A DNA stretch of 34,107 nt from an uncultured Gemmatimonadota bacterium (GTDB lineage: Bacteria; GCA-2686955): contig CAZBBK010000064.1 in assembly GCA_964490075.1 (NCBI GenBank), positions 1 through 34,107 of the forward strand, given 5' to 3'. Positions 8,386 to 16,860 of the stretch are shown here, one piece after another (the first letter of the stretch is position 1; each line of letters starts with the position of its first letter). Below the pieces are notes generated by a model. The model was not told the origin of the DNA. It ran no database searches and saw only the letters and a program-made list of their open reading frames with translations. A program made the translations under genes and the position numbers.

Positions 8386-9885
8386 ATGGATCCGACCAAC
8401 GACAGCATTCGCCCGCTGCTGGCCCTCTTGGCCTCGTTGGCGGCGGTTCCGCTCATCGTCGCCAGCGGCGAGAAGCGCCCCAACCTGCGCGAGGCATGGA
8501 CGCTGATCGCCGCAACACTCAAGGCGGGCATCGTATACTCCATGCTGCCGGCGGTGCTGGCGGGGCAGACCTTCACCTGCCGCGTGCTGGAGATCTCGCC
8601 GGGCGTCGTTCTGGAGCTCGAGACGGACGCGCTCGGGATGATCTTCGCGATCGTGGCGAGCACGCTGTGGCTCCTGACCTCGTTCTACTCGATCGGCTAC
8701 GTGCGCGGGACGGGCGAGCACAAGCAGACTCGCTACTTCGCCAGCTTCGCGGTCTGCCTCTCGGCCACCATCGGGATTTCGTTCGCCGCCAACCTGCTGA
8801 CCTTCTTCGTCTTCTTCGAAACTCTGACGCTAGCCACCTATCCGCTGGTGCTGCACAAGGAGACCCGAGAGGCCAAGGCCGGCGCCCGCAAGTACCTCTG
8901 TTACACCCTGCCGGCCGGACTCTCCCTGCTCTTGGCGATCGCGATCACCTGGAGCCTGGCCGGCACCATCGATTTTCGAGCCGGGGGAATCCTCGACCCC
9001 TCGATGGCCAGCACCGGGCAGCTGCGCATTCTCTTTATCCTCTTCATCCTCGGTGTCGGTGTGAAGGCCGGCTTGATGCCGATCCACGCCTGGCTACCGG
9101 CCGCCATGGTCGCCCCGACGCCGGTCAGCGCCCTGCTGCACGCGGTCGCCGTGGTCAAGGCCGGCGTTTTCGGTGTGCTGCGAGTGACCGGTTTCGTGTT
9201 CGGGCCGGAGCTAGCGAGCAGTCTCGGCACGGGGCACGCGCTGGCGTGGGTGGCGGGAATCACGCTCACGGTGGCTTCGCTGCTCGCCATGAAGCAAGAC
9301 AATCTGAAGCGCCGGCTCGCCTACAGCACCGTCGGTCACCTCAGCTACATCGTTCTGGGCGCGGCCCTGATCAACGGCTGGTCGTGGACTGGAGCGACCT
9401 TGCACCTGATGTTCCACGCGACCATGAAGATCACGCTCTTCTTCTGTGCCGGCGCCATCTACGTGCGCACCCACAAGCAGAACATCAGCGGCATGGTTGG
9501 CATCGGGCGCCAGATGCCATTCACGATGGCGGCCTTCGCGGTGGGCGCCGTGGGCCTCGCGGGGGTGCCCGGCGTGAACGGCTTCGTGAGCAAGTGGGGG
9601 CTGGCGTCGGGGGCGGCCGCGGCCCAGGAACCACTCTTCCTCGGTCTGCTGGTGCTCAGTGGGGTGCTCAACGCGGCCTACTTCTTCCCCATCGTGCACC
9701 AAGCCTTCTTCAAGCGTAGCGACGCATTTCCGCGCCTGGGCGAGGCGAGTCCCTTCATGGTGGCGCCGCTCTGCATCACCGCGGCAATCTCGCTCTTGCT
9801 CGGCGTGGCTCCCAACATCGGTGTGCACGCCTGGGAGCTGGCCAACATGAGCGCGCGCGCGGTGACCGGAGGAAGCATCGGATGA
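8386..9885 (+). CDS. second proton-conducting antiporter subunit (MrpD family with MrpA/NuoL-type motif)
   Basis: ANLLTFFVFFE, KAGLMPIHAWLPAAMVAPTPVSALLHAVAVVKAG (APTPVSALLH is the MrpA/NuoL-type motif), KRRLAYSTV. Confidence 0.93.
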   Translation: MDPTNDSIRPLLALLASLAAVPLIVASGEKRPNLREAWTLIAATLKAGIVYSMLPAVLAGQTFTCRVLEISPGVVLELETDALGMIFAIVASTLWLLTSFYSIGYVRGTGEHKQTRYFASFAVCLSATIGISFAANLLTFFVFFETLTLATYPLVLHKETREAKAGARKYLCYTLPAGLSLLLAIAITWSLAGTIDFRAGGILDPSMASTGQLRILFILFILGVGVKAGLMPIHAWLPAAMVAPTPVSALLHAVAVVKAGVFGVLRVTGFVFGPELASSLGTGHALAWVAGITLTVASLLAMKQDNLKRRLAYSTVGHLSYIVLGAALINGWSWTGATLHLMFHATMKITLFFCAGAIYVRTHKQNISGMVGIGRQMPFTMAAFAVGAVGLAGVPGVNGFVSKWGLASGAAAAQEPLFLGLLVLSGVLNAAYFFPIVHQAFFKRSDAFPRLGEASPFMVAPLCITAAISLLLGVAPNIGVHAWELANMSARAVTGGSIG

Positions 9886-10121
9886 AGCTCAAGACACCGA
9901 GTCGACGGGGCTGGCTCTTCGCCGGGCTCAGCGGCGCAGTCGCGGTGCTGCTGCCCTACCTTTTCCACGTGGAGCACCACTTCGCCTGGGATTCGATCCC
10001 CGCCTTCTACGCGCTTTACGGCGGTCTCGGCTGCGCCTTGATCGTGATCTTCAGCAAGGCGCTCGGCGCCTCGATCTTGCAGAAGAGCGAGGACTGGTAC
10101 GGGGAAGGGGACGAGGGATGA
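9882..10121 (+). CDS. small two-TM membrane protein embedded in the Mrp operon
   Basis: 79 aa with two hydrophobic segments around HVEHHFAWDSIPAFYALYG, ending K-EDWY. ATGA overlaps on both sides. Confidence 0.85.
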   Translation: MKLKTPSRRGWLFAGLSGAVAVLLPYLFHVEHHFAWDSIPAFYALYGGLGCALIVIFSKALGASILQKSEDWYGEGDEG

Positions 10122-11920
10122 GGGTCCTGATCGAGGACTACGGACGCGTCGGCGGCACGCTGGAGGGCCTCGCGGCCATCCCGACCGCGCTGATCTTCCT
10201 CGTAGGCGCCGCGCTTCTCGCTCTCTTGCCCCGCACGGTTCGCTCGACCGCCATGCCATTGGTGCCGCTCGCCGCCTTGGCGCAGATCGCCACGGCGCTC
10301 CACCCGGCGGTCAGCGCCCTGGGAGCCGACCTGGCGGGCGTGGTCCGCGTCGACTTTCTGGCCTACCAGCTCGAGGTGGTACACGCCGACCGCCTGGCGC
10401 TGCTCTTCGGAACGATCTTCTCGCTGATCGGGGTGATCGCCGGGATCTACGCCTGGCACAAGCGCGACACCCGACAGCAGATCGCCGCTCTGCTCTACTC
10501 GGGCGGTGCGGTCGGCGTCAGCTTCGCCGGCGACCTCTTCACCCTCTACGCCTTCTGGGAGCTGATGGCGGTCGCCTCGGTGATCTTGATCTGGGCACGC
10601 GGCACCCGCGACGCCGAGCGGGCCGGCAATCGCTACATCCTGGTCCACCTCGCGGGGGGGGCGATCCTGCTGGCCGGAATCCTGCTGCACGTCGCCGACA
10701 GCGGCTCGATCCTGTTCCGCCATTTCGATCCCTTCCAGCGCTCGGCGGCCGGTTGGCTGATTCTGTGCGGCTTCTGCCTCAACGCCGCAGTGCCTCCGCT
10801 CGGTGCCTGGCTCCCCGACGCCTACCCGCGAGCCACGGTCACCGGCGCGATCTTCCTCTCGTCGCTCACCACCAAGACGGCGGTCTACGCGCTGCTGCGC
10901 GGCTTCGCCGGATGGGAGATCCTGGTCCCCCTGGGTGTGATGATGGCCCTCTACGGCGTCGTCTACGCCGTGCTGGCCAACGACATCCGAGAGCTGCTCG
11001 CCTACCACATCATCTCCCAGGTCGGCTACATGGTGGCCGGCGCCGGCATCGGCACCGAGATGGCGGTCAACGGCGCGGCCGCCCACGCGCTCTGCCACAT
11101 CCTCTACAAATCTCTGCTCTTCATGGGCGCCGGCGTCGTGATCGCCACCACCGGCCGGCGCAAGCTCACCGAGCTCGGCGGCTTCGTCGGCCGCCAGAAG
11201 CTCGCCTTCGGCCTCTATATGATCGGGGCCTCTTCGATCTCAGGATTCCCGCTCTTCAACGGCTTCGTGAGCAAGTCGATGGTGGTCGCCGCCGCCGGCC
11301 AGTCGCATCTCGAATGGGCCTTCCTGCTGCTGACCCTGGCATCGGTCGGGACCTTCCTCCACACCGGACTCAAGCTGCCCTACTTCACCTGGATGGGTGA
11401 GGACCGCGGCATCGTGCCGAGCCCGGCGCCGCGCAACATGATCGTGGCGATGGCGATCGGGGCCTTCTTCTGCACCCTGCTCGGTGTCGCTCCGGGGCTG
11501 CTCTACGCCTACCTCCCCTTCGCCACCTCTTACGCCCCCTACACCGCGACCCACCTGGTCGAGACGATTCAGATCCTGCTCTTCACCCTCTTCGCCTTCT
11601 ACCTCTTCATCCCCAAGCTCGGGGGGCAGCCGACCATCTCGATGGACACCGACGTGCTCTATCGCAAGACCGCCCCTCTGGCGCGGATCCTCTTCGTCGA
11701 CACCCCCGCGTGGATCTACGCCACGATCGGCAGCGCCGCGGAGGACCTGGCCGCCGCCGTCGCCCACGCCTTCCGCGATCCGACCCGCTGGATCTCCGGC
11801 GACTTCGGCCCCAAGAGCCCCTTCGATGTCGGTCGCGCCCGACAGCCGGTCGCCGTCTCCCTCGCCCTGACGATCGCGGTCTTCGTCTGGCTGGCGCTGG
11901 CGTCGCTGCGGGCGATCTGA
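10118..11920 (+). CDS. third proton-conducting antiporter subunit (long MrpD-family subunit)
   Basis: GDLFTLYAFWELMA, NAAVPPLGAWLPDAYP-AT, TTKTAVY, NDIRELLAYHIISQVGYMV, GFPLFNGFVSKSM. Confidence 0.93.
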   Translation: MRVLIEDYGRVGGTLEGLAAIPTALIFLVGAALLALLPRTVRSTAMPLVPLAALAQIATALHPAVSALGADLAGVVRVDFLAYQLEVVHADRLALLFGTIFSLIGVIAGIYAWHKRDTRQQIAALLYSGGAVGVSFAGDLFTLYAFWELMAVASVILIWARGTRDAERAGNRYILVHLAGGAILLAGILLHVADSGSILFRHFDPFQRSAAGWLILCGFCLNAAVPPLGAWLPDAYPRATVTGAIFLSSLTTKTAVYALLRGFAGWEILVPLGVMMALYGVVYAVLANDIRELLAYHIISQVGYMVAGAGIGTEMAVNGAAAHALCHILYKSLLFMGAGVVIATTGRRKLTELGGFVGRQKLAFGLYMIGASSISGFPLFNGFVSKSMVVAAAGQSHLEWAFLLLTLASVGTFLHTGLKLPYFTWMGEDRGIVPSPAPRNMIVAMAIGAFFCTLLGVAPGLLYAYLPFATSYAPYTATHLVETIQILLFTLFAFYLFIPKLGGQPTISMDTDVLYRKTAPLARILFVDTPAWIYATIGSAAEDLAAAVAHAFRDPTRWISGDFGPKSPFDVGRARQPVAVSLALTIAVFVWLALASLRAI

Positions 11921-12151
11921 GTCCCTAGCAGGCCCGCCACCTGGCAGAACACTTCGAAAGGCAGGACTGGCGCCTCACCCTTCTCGAAATCCCGAGTGCC
12001 CAAGTGTACCTGGTAGCAGGACGGAATATCGGTTCGTTCCAGGAAGTACGGGATCGCGGGACTCACGTCGTTTTCACCAATCTGGCACGGAAAAGGCTGC
12101 GAGTAACGTGACCCGAATGTGATTTTGCTCACGCGCAAAATGGACCAAAGG

Positions 12152-12859
12152 TCATTCTGCGCGCGGCCCCTCCGAGAGCAATATCTCCCGCACCCGCTCC
12201 ACGTCGCCGAGATCTTCCAGGGCGTGGTCGGGATGGCACGCCAGCAGCTCCGCCCGCGTGTAGGGTCCGGTAGCAACCGCCAGCGCCCGCACTCCGGCCG
12301 CCCGGGCGCAGCGGATATCGGCGGGAGTATCGCCGATCACCACGACCTGGTGTGGGGCGTGAATAGTGCCAAAATGGGCCTCCGCGCGGCGCATGGCGAT
12401 GCCCGGCAGACGATCGCGGTCGGCGTGATCGGAGCCGAAGGCCCCGACCGCGAAGTGATGGTCCACGCCCATTCGAGCCAGCTTCAACTTCGCGCCCTCT
12501 TCGAAGTTTCCGGTGACCAGCCCGAGGTGCGCCGAGGGCTCGTCCGCGAGCCGCTCGAGCAACTCCAGCACGCCCGGCTTGGGATCGGGCGCGCGCTCCG
12601 CCAGCCGCGCCTCGAGCATCTCCAGGTAGCGCACCCGCAGGCGCTCGAGCCGCTCCGGCTCCAGTTCGGCGCCGGCCCTTTCCAGGAGCTCGCGGAAGAT
12701 CTGGGGATCGGTGCGGCCGGCCATCGAGTAGCCGTCGAGATCGATCTCGAAGTGGCAGATCTCGCCAATCGCGTCGAGCATGGAGCGGGTGCCGACTCGG
12801 TGCGATTGAAGCAGTGTACCGTCGATGTCGAAGAGCAGAAGGCGGGGATGCGCGGACAA
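12152..12859 (-). CDS. HAD-superfamily hydrolase (phosphoglycolate phosphatase-like)
   Basis: Motif I LFDIDGTL, cap GRTD, motif II VTGN, motif IV IGDTPADI. TTG start preceded by a GGAGGAG Shine-Dalgarno. Confidence 0.93.
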   Translation of the reverse strand: MSAHPRLLLFDIDGTLLQSHRVGTRSMLDAIGEICHFEIDLDGYSMAGRTDPQIFRELLERAGAELEPERLERLRVRYLEMLEARLAERAPDPKPGVLELLERLADEPSAHLGLVTGNFEEGAKLKLARMGVDHHFAVGAFGSDHADRDRLPGIAMRRAEAHFGTIHAPHQVVVIGDTPADIRCARAAGVRALAVATGPYTRAELLACHPDHALEDLGDVERVREILLSEGPRAE

Positions 12860-12892
12860 GGCGAAGCTCCTCCCCTCGTTGGTGGGGCGTTT

Positions 12893-14170
12893 TCAGGCGG
12901 GCGGTGCGTCGGAGGCCGCCCTCGCGACCTCACGATACACCTTCACGTGCCGCCGAGCGATCTCGGCCCAGTCGTAGGCCAGAGCCGCCTCCCAGGACTG
13001 GCTTCCGAATCGAGCGCGCCGCCGCGGGTCCCTGATCAACGCCCCCAGCGCCTCCGCCAGGGCGGGCGCGTCGCCGGGCGCCACCAGCACACCCTTGCGC
13101 TCGGCACCCGCTCCGACCACCTCTCGATTGCCCGAGATGTCGGTGAGCACCAGGGGCAGCCCCGCCGCCATCGCCTCGACGTTGACCAGAGGAAATGCCT
13201 CGACCAACGAAGGGGAGCAGAACAGGTCGCAGCTTCCGAGCAGTCGAGCCAGCTCGATCGGCATGGGATGATCGGCAGGCAGCGGGGTGCCCTCCTCGGG
13301 TATCCGACCCAGGAGCCGAACTCGATTCTCCAGACCCAGATCCCGCACCAAGGGCTGCAGCGCTTCGGTCTGCGCGCCGGCGATCACCAGGTCGGCTCCC
13401 GGCGCCCGGTCGCGGATCCGCGCCAGCGCGCGCAAGAGCACCTCGAAACCCTTCTTGGGATGGTTGCGACCCACCGCCACGATCCGACAGCGAGGGGCGT
13501 TCTCTGCCCCCCCGGATCGGTCCGCCGTCCAGTGTTCGGCAGCCGTCCAGGCATCGCTCGCAGCACCGCCGCCGCGCGTCGCCGGGACCGGATGCTGCTG
13601 CTCCCGCCCCGACCAACGCCGCACCCAGGCCACATCGACGCCGTTCGGGATGCGTGTGATGCGCCGTGCGTCGGCGCCCGCGGCCACCATCTCGCTCTCG
13701 ATCTCCTCCGAGATCGCCACCAGAGCATCGCTGCGGGCCACGGTCGAGCGCACCCGACGATCGGCGCTTCGATCGAGGCGCAGGCCGTAGCCGATCTCGG
13801 GCGCCCGCTGCAGATCCGCCCCGTGGCTGGTCAGCACCACCGGGCAGCGATGCAGCGCCCGGGTCGCCACCGCCGCCCAACCGGCGGTATCGGCGTAGTG
13901 GGCGTGAATCAGGTCGGCCCGGTGCCGGCGCGCCGCGACCACGATGCGGCCGAGCCACAGGGCGAGGTTGGCGCGCCATCCACCGTGGCTCAAGGGCGCC
14001 CGCCTCCACACCGGATAGGGCGCCCCTCCCGGCAGAGGTCCCAGGTCCGGACACAACACCGCCGGCCGATGCCCCTGGCGCCGCAGCGCCAGCGCCAGCT
14101 GATGGACCGCCAGCTCCGCCCCGCCGATGACCGGCAGGTAGTTCGGCGTGACGATCAACACCCTCAGCAC
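12893..14170 (-). CDS. GT4 (GT-B) glycosyltransferase
   Basis: N-terminal RVLIVTPNYLPVIGGAE, DLIHAH, IPNGVD, VGRNHPKKG, EAFPLVNVEAMAAGLP (E-x7-E). GTG start at 14170 overlaps the upstream GT stop (GTGCTGA). Confidence 0.93.
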   Translation of the reverse strand: MLRVLIVTPNYLPVIGGAELAVHQLALALRRQGHRPAVLCPDLGPLPGGAPYPVWRRAPLSHGGWRANLALWLGRIVVAARRHRADLIHAHYADTAGWAAVATRALHRCPVVLTSHGADLQRAPEIGYGLRLDRSADRRVRSTVARSDALVAISEEIESEMVAAGADARRITRIPNGVDVAWVRRWSGREQQHPVPATRGGGAASDAWTAAEHWTADRSGGAENAPRCRIVAVGRNHPKKGFEVLLRALARIRDRAPGADLVIAGAQTEALQPLVRDLGLENRVRLLGRIPEEGTPLPADHPMPIELARLLGSCDLFCSPSLVEAFPLVNVEAMAAGLPLVLTDISGNREVVGAGAERKGVLVAPGDAPALAEALGALIRDPRRRARFGSQSWEAALAYDWAEIARRHVKVYREVARAASDAPPA

Positions 14171-15447
14171 GATGCGCCCCTGCTCCCGATCGAAACCGGC
14201 GAGCCGCCGTGCTCCCGATCCGGCACCCATGCTCCCGCCGCCCCCGCGAGCACCCCTTCCATCGTCCTCACGTGAGCCTCGATCGAAAAACGCGAGGCCG
14301 CGCGCGCCACCCCCCGGCCAACGAGCTCCCGAACCCCCGGTCCCCCTTCCAGGTTCAGGGCGATCGCTCCGGCCATCGCCGCGGGATCTTCCGGCGGAAT
14401 CAACCCCGGATGCTCCGGACCGAGCACCTCGCCGAGCGCACCGCCTTGGGTCGCCACGATCGGTGCTCCCCAGGCCATCGCCTCGAGGGGCACGCGCCCG
14501 AAGGGCTCGGGCCGGCGCGCCGCGTGCACCACCACGGAGGCCGCTGCCATGCAGTCGGTCACGTCGTCACGGTGGCCGAGCCAGTGCACGTGCTCCGCAA
14601 TGCCGAGGGTCGCCGCGAGCTCGGCCACCCGCGCCGGCCAGTCGCGAGCGTCATCCGAAGCGCCGCCGGCGAGCACCAGCGCCGGCACCTCGATACCGGC
14701 ATCGCGGAGCGCGACCAGCGCCCGGACCACGACGTCGGCCCCTTTCCACGGCGCCATCGTGGCGGGGCAGAGCACGACGGGCATCGCGCGATCCAATCCA
14801 AACCTTGCGAAGACCCGCCGGCCACGGGCGGCGGCGGCACCCCGCTGCTCCGCGTCGGGCACCCGCACTCCGTTGTGAATCACCATGCTGCGCTCGCAGT
14901 CGATGCCATGCTCCCGACAATGGCGCTCCACCGATTGCGAGATCCGAACGTGCGCCGCCAGGCCCGACGCCAGCAGTCCATGGACCCTGCGGAAGTTGCC
15001 GTGCTGGCGCTCGTGGCACACCACCGGCCTGCGCAACATCCGCGCGGCGCAGATCCACCCCGCGTTGGTCACCAGCTGGTCGTTGGTGTGAATCACCGCG
15101 AAGCGGTGGCCATGTTGATGCTCCAGCGAGCGAATGAGGGCCGCGCACTCGATCGTCGCCAGTGCCAGCTGGCTGTGGAAGGCGCCCCGCGTGGCAGCCA
15201 GGGGACGGATGGGAGGCACCGGGAGCACGTAACAGGGAAGATCGTGCTCGTGCAGCCGCGATTCCATGCCACAGGGCCGGGCAAAGAGCACCGTCGGCTC
15301 GAAGCGGCTTCGGTCAAGGCGCTCGAGCAGGCCGACCAGACTGTGAAACGAACCGCCGACACCATCCACGGCGCCTTCGATGTGCAGAGTCGGGATAGGA
15401 GCGCCAGGATCGGGAGCTGTTCTTGCGCGGATCCTCGGGATCGCCAT
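14164..15447 (-). CDS. GT4 (GT-B) glycosyltransferase
   Basis: GGSFHSLVGLLERLDR, IHNGV, PWKG, HWLGHRDDV, RPEPFGRVPLEAMAWG (E-x7-E). ATG 15447 has an AGAGGA SD. The upstream 431 codons in the ORF track are mostly antisense shadow of the neighbouring gene. Confidence 0.92.
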   Translation of the reverse strand: MAIPRIRARTAPDPGAPIPTLHIEGAVDGVGGSFHSLVGLLERLDRSRFEPTVLFARPCGMESRLHEHDLPCYVLPVPPIRPLAATRGAFHSQLALATIECAALIRSLEHQHGHRFAVIHTNDQLVTNAGWICAARMLRRPVVCHERQHGNFRRVHGLLASGLAAHVRISQSVERHCREHGIDCERSMVIHNGVRVPDAEQRGAAAARGRRVFARFGLDRAMPVVLCPATMAPWKGADVVVRALVALRDAGIEVPALVLAGGASDDARDWPARVAELAATLGIAEHVHWLGHRDDVTDCMAAASVVVHAARRPEPFGRVPLEAMAWGAPIVATQGGALGEVLGPEHPGLIPPEDPAAMAGAIALNLEGGPGVRELVGRGVARAASRFSIEAHVRTMEGVLAGAAGAWVPDREHGGSPVSIGSRGASC

Positions 15448-15696
15448 CGTCTTCCTCTCGGCGCGGGGGCGCGAAAGGGAATGTGCTGCTTCTGACCGTG
15501 TCGATCGACCGCAATCGCGGTCTCTTGATCCTGGCGCGCGAGCCGCTCCGACGACATCGAAGCGGTGCTTTCTGGCCCAACGCGGCGCCCTCTGGGCGTA
15601 TCTTCTAGCGGTCGTCGCAAAGCCCCACCCGCGCGCAGCGCTGGAGTCGCCGCCGCGCGCCGCGGGGAGCGCTCGACGCCCTTCGTTGGAGGCAAC

Positions 15697-16860
15697 GTGA
15701 CACCCCAGGAAGCCGGCCAGACGCGCCACGCACTGACGAAGCTCCTGATCCGCCTGAATCGGTTGAACTACCGGCTCGATCAGCACCTCACGGGGGAGGA
15801 GATCCGCAACCTCCAGGAGGAGCGGCTGCGCATCAACGCCGAGCTCTTTCGGGTATCGGTGAGCCTGCGGGGCGAGCACTCGCTGAGCGAGTCCGAGGTC
15901 GCGGAGCTGCAAGGCCGGGGCAGCCAGGACGAGAAGCTGCTGGGCTTCTTGATCCGGTCGATGTCCGCCGGTCAGGACTCGGGCGAGGACAAGGAGGAGC
16001 TGGCCGAGCGCGAGCGCGTGATCACCGCTCGCAAAGAGAAGATCGAGTCGCAGATGGAGGCCATCACATCCTCCAGACAACCCGCCAAGAGGCTCTCGCC
16101 CGACGAGATGGCCAAGCTCCGCAAGGAGCGTGACGGGCTGCGAGCCGACGTCGAGGACCTCCTCGAAACCCGGGACTTCTACTTGGAGCGGGTGGATGAG
16201 ATGCGGGCCCTGGCCCGGCGCGGCAAGACCGACCGCATCTACGAGACCCTGTCCCGACTCGAGCGACACACCACAGAGCTGCTTGCTATCGCGAGCCTGC
16301 GCCTGATCGCCGATCTCTTCACCAACAGCGAGCCGGTCCCGGCCACTCGGGCGCTCGAGCTGGCCCGGCGCTCGGACAACGATGTGTTCCTTCAACTGCT
16401 GCTCATCCATCATGGCGCGCTGGCCGACGACGAGGGGAGCGTGATGAAGGCGTTGCTCGACACGGTGCTCCGCAAGCCCGCCACCTTTCGCGCGGAGCTC
16501 CTCGAAGACACGGTCAGCTTCTTCCGCAGCAAGACCTTCCGCCGCGACCGCTCGCTGCACAGCGTGGTCCTCTTCAATCCCGCGGCGCCGGTGCACCTGC
16601 TGCGGCACATCTTGCGCGTCTCGTTGCGGGATCTGCAGCAAGCCACCGAGCGCGCGCGCGCCAACTACGGATCGAGCGATATCCTCGATGTCTTGACCGA
16701 GATCGCCCGCACCACGAGCGACCGCGGGCGGCTGCGCCACATCCTCCAGATCACCGCCGTCGATCCGATTCGGCGGGTGCGCTTCGAGAGAGTGCTCGGC
16801 TATCGGAGCGATATCGGCGAGGCCGGCGTACTGGAGCTGCGCCCCAGCTCCGGATCATGA
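15697..16860 (+). CDS. hypothetical 387-aa protein with N-terminal coiled coil and helical C-domain
   Basis: GGAGG SD 4 nt before GTG 15697, coding-like GC3, heptad-rich E/K/R/L segments. The stop overlaps the next ATG (ATGA). Confidence 0.8.
   Translation: MTPQEAGQTRHALTKLLIRLNRLNYRLDQHLTGEEIRNLQEERLRINAELFRVSVSLRGEHSLSESEVAELQGRGSQDEKLLGFLIRSMSAGQDSGEDKEELAERERVITARKEKIESQMEAITSSRQPAKRLSPDEMAKLRKERDGLRADVEDLLETRDFYLERVDEMRALARRGKTDRIYETLSRLERHTTELLAIASLRLIADLFTNSEPVPATRALELARRSDNDVFLQLLLIHHGALADDEGSVMKALLDTVLRKPATFRAELLEDTVSFFRSKTFRRDRSLHSVVLFNPAAPVHLLRHILRVSLRDLQQATERARANYGSSDILDVLTEIARTTSDRGRLRHILQITAVDPIRRVRFERVLGYRSDIGEAGVLELRPSSGS

Noticed and set aside
6846-9719. 957-aa + strand ORF overlapping mrpD genes
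   Set aside because: Arg/Gly/Ala-rich out-of-frame shadow of two well-supported antiporter genes, typical of high-GC DNA.
4396-11920. Membrane-bound hydrogenase (Mbh/Mbx/Ech) or complex I operon
   Set aside because: No Fe-S, NiFe or NuoH-like subunit genes are in or next to the cluster; only antiporter-module genes are present.
12083-12098. Sigma-54-like TGGCACGGAAAAGGC on the + strand
   Set aside because: GG-N10-GC spacing is right, but the -12 box lacks TT and it points antisense into the 3' end of the HAD gene with no downstream gene.
12119-14275. 718-aa + strand ORF
   Set aside because: Antisense to the HAD and GT4 genes, which carry clear family motifs.
15448-16740. Apparent 858-aa glycosyltransferase fusion
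   Set aside because: The extra N-terminal part is intergenic sequence plus the antisense of the coiled-coil gene. An SD and ATG at 15447 mark the GT start.
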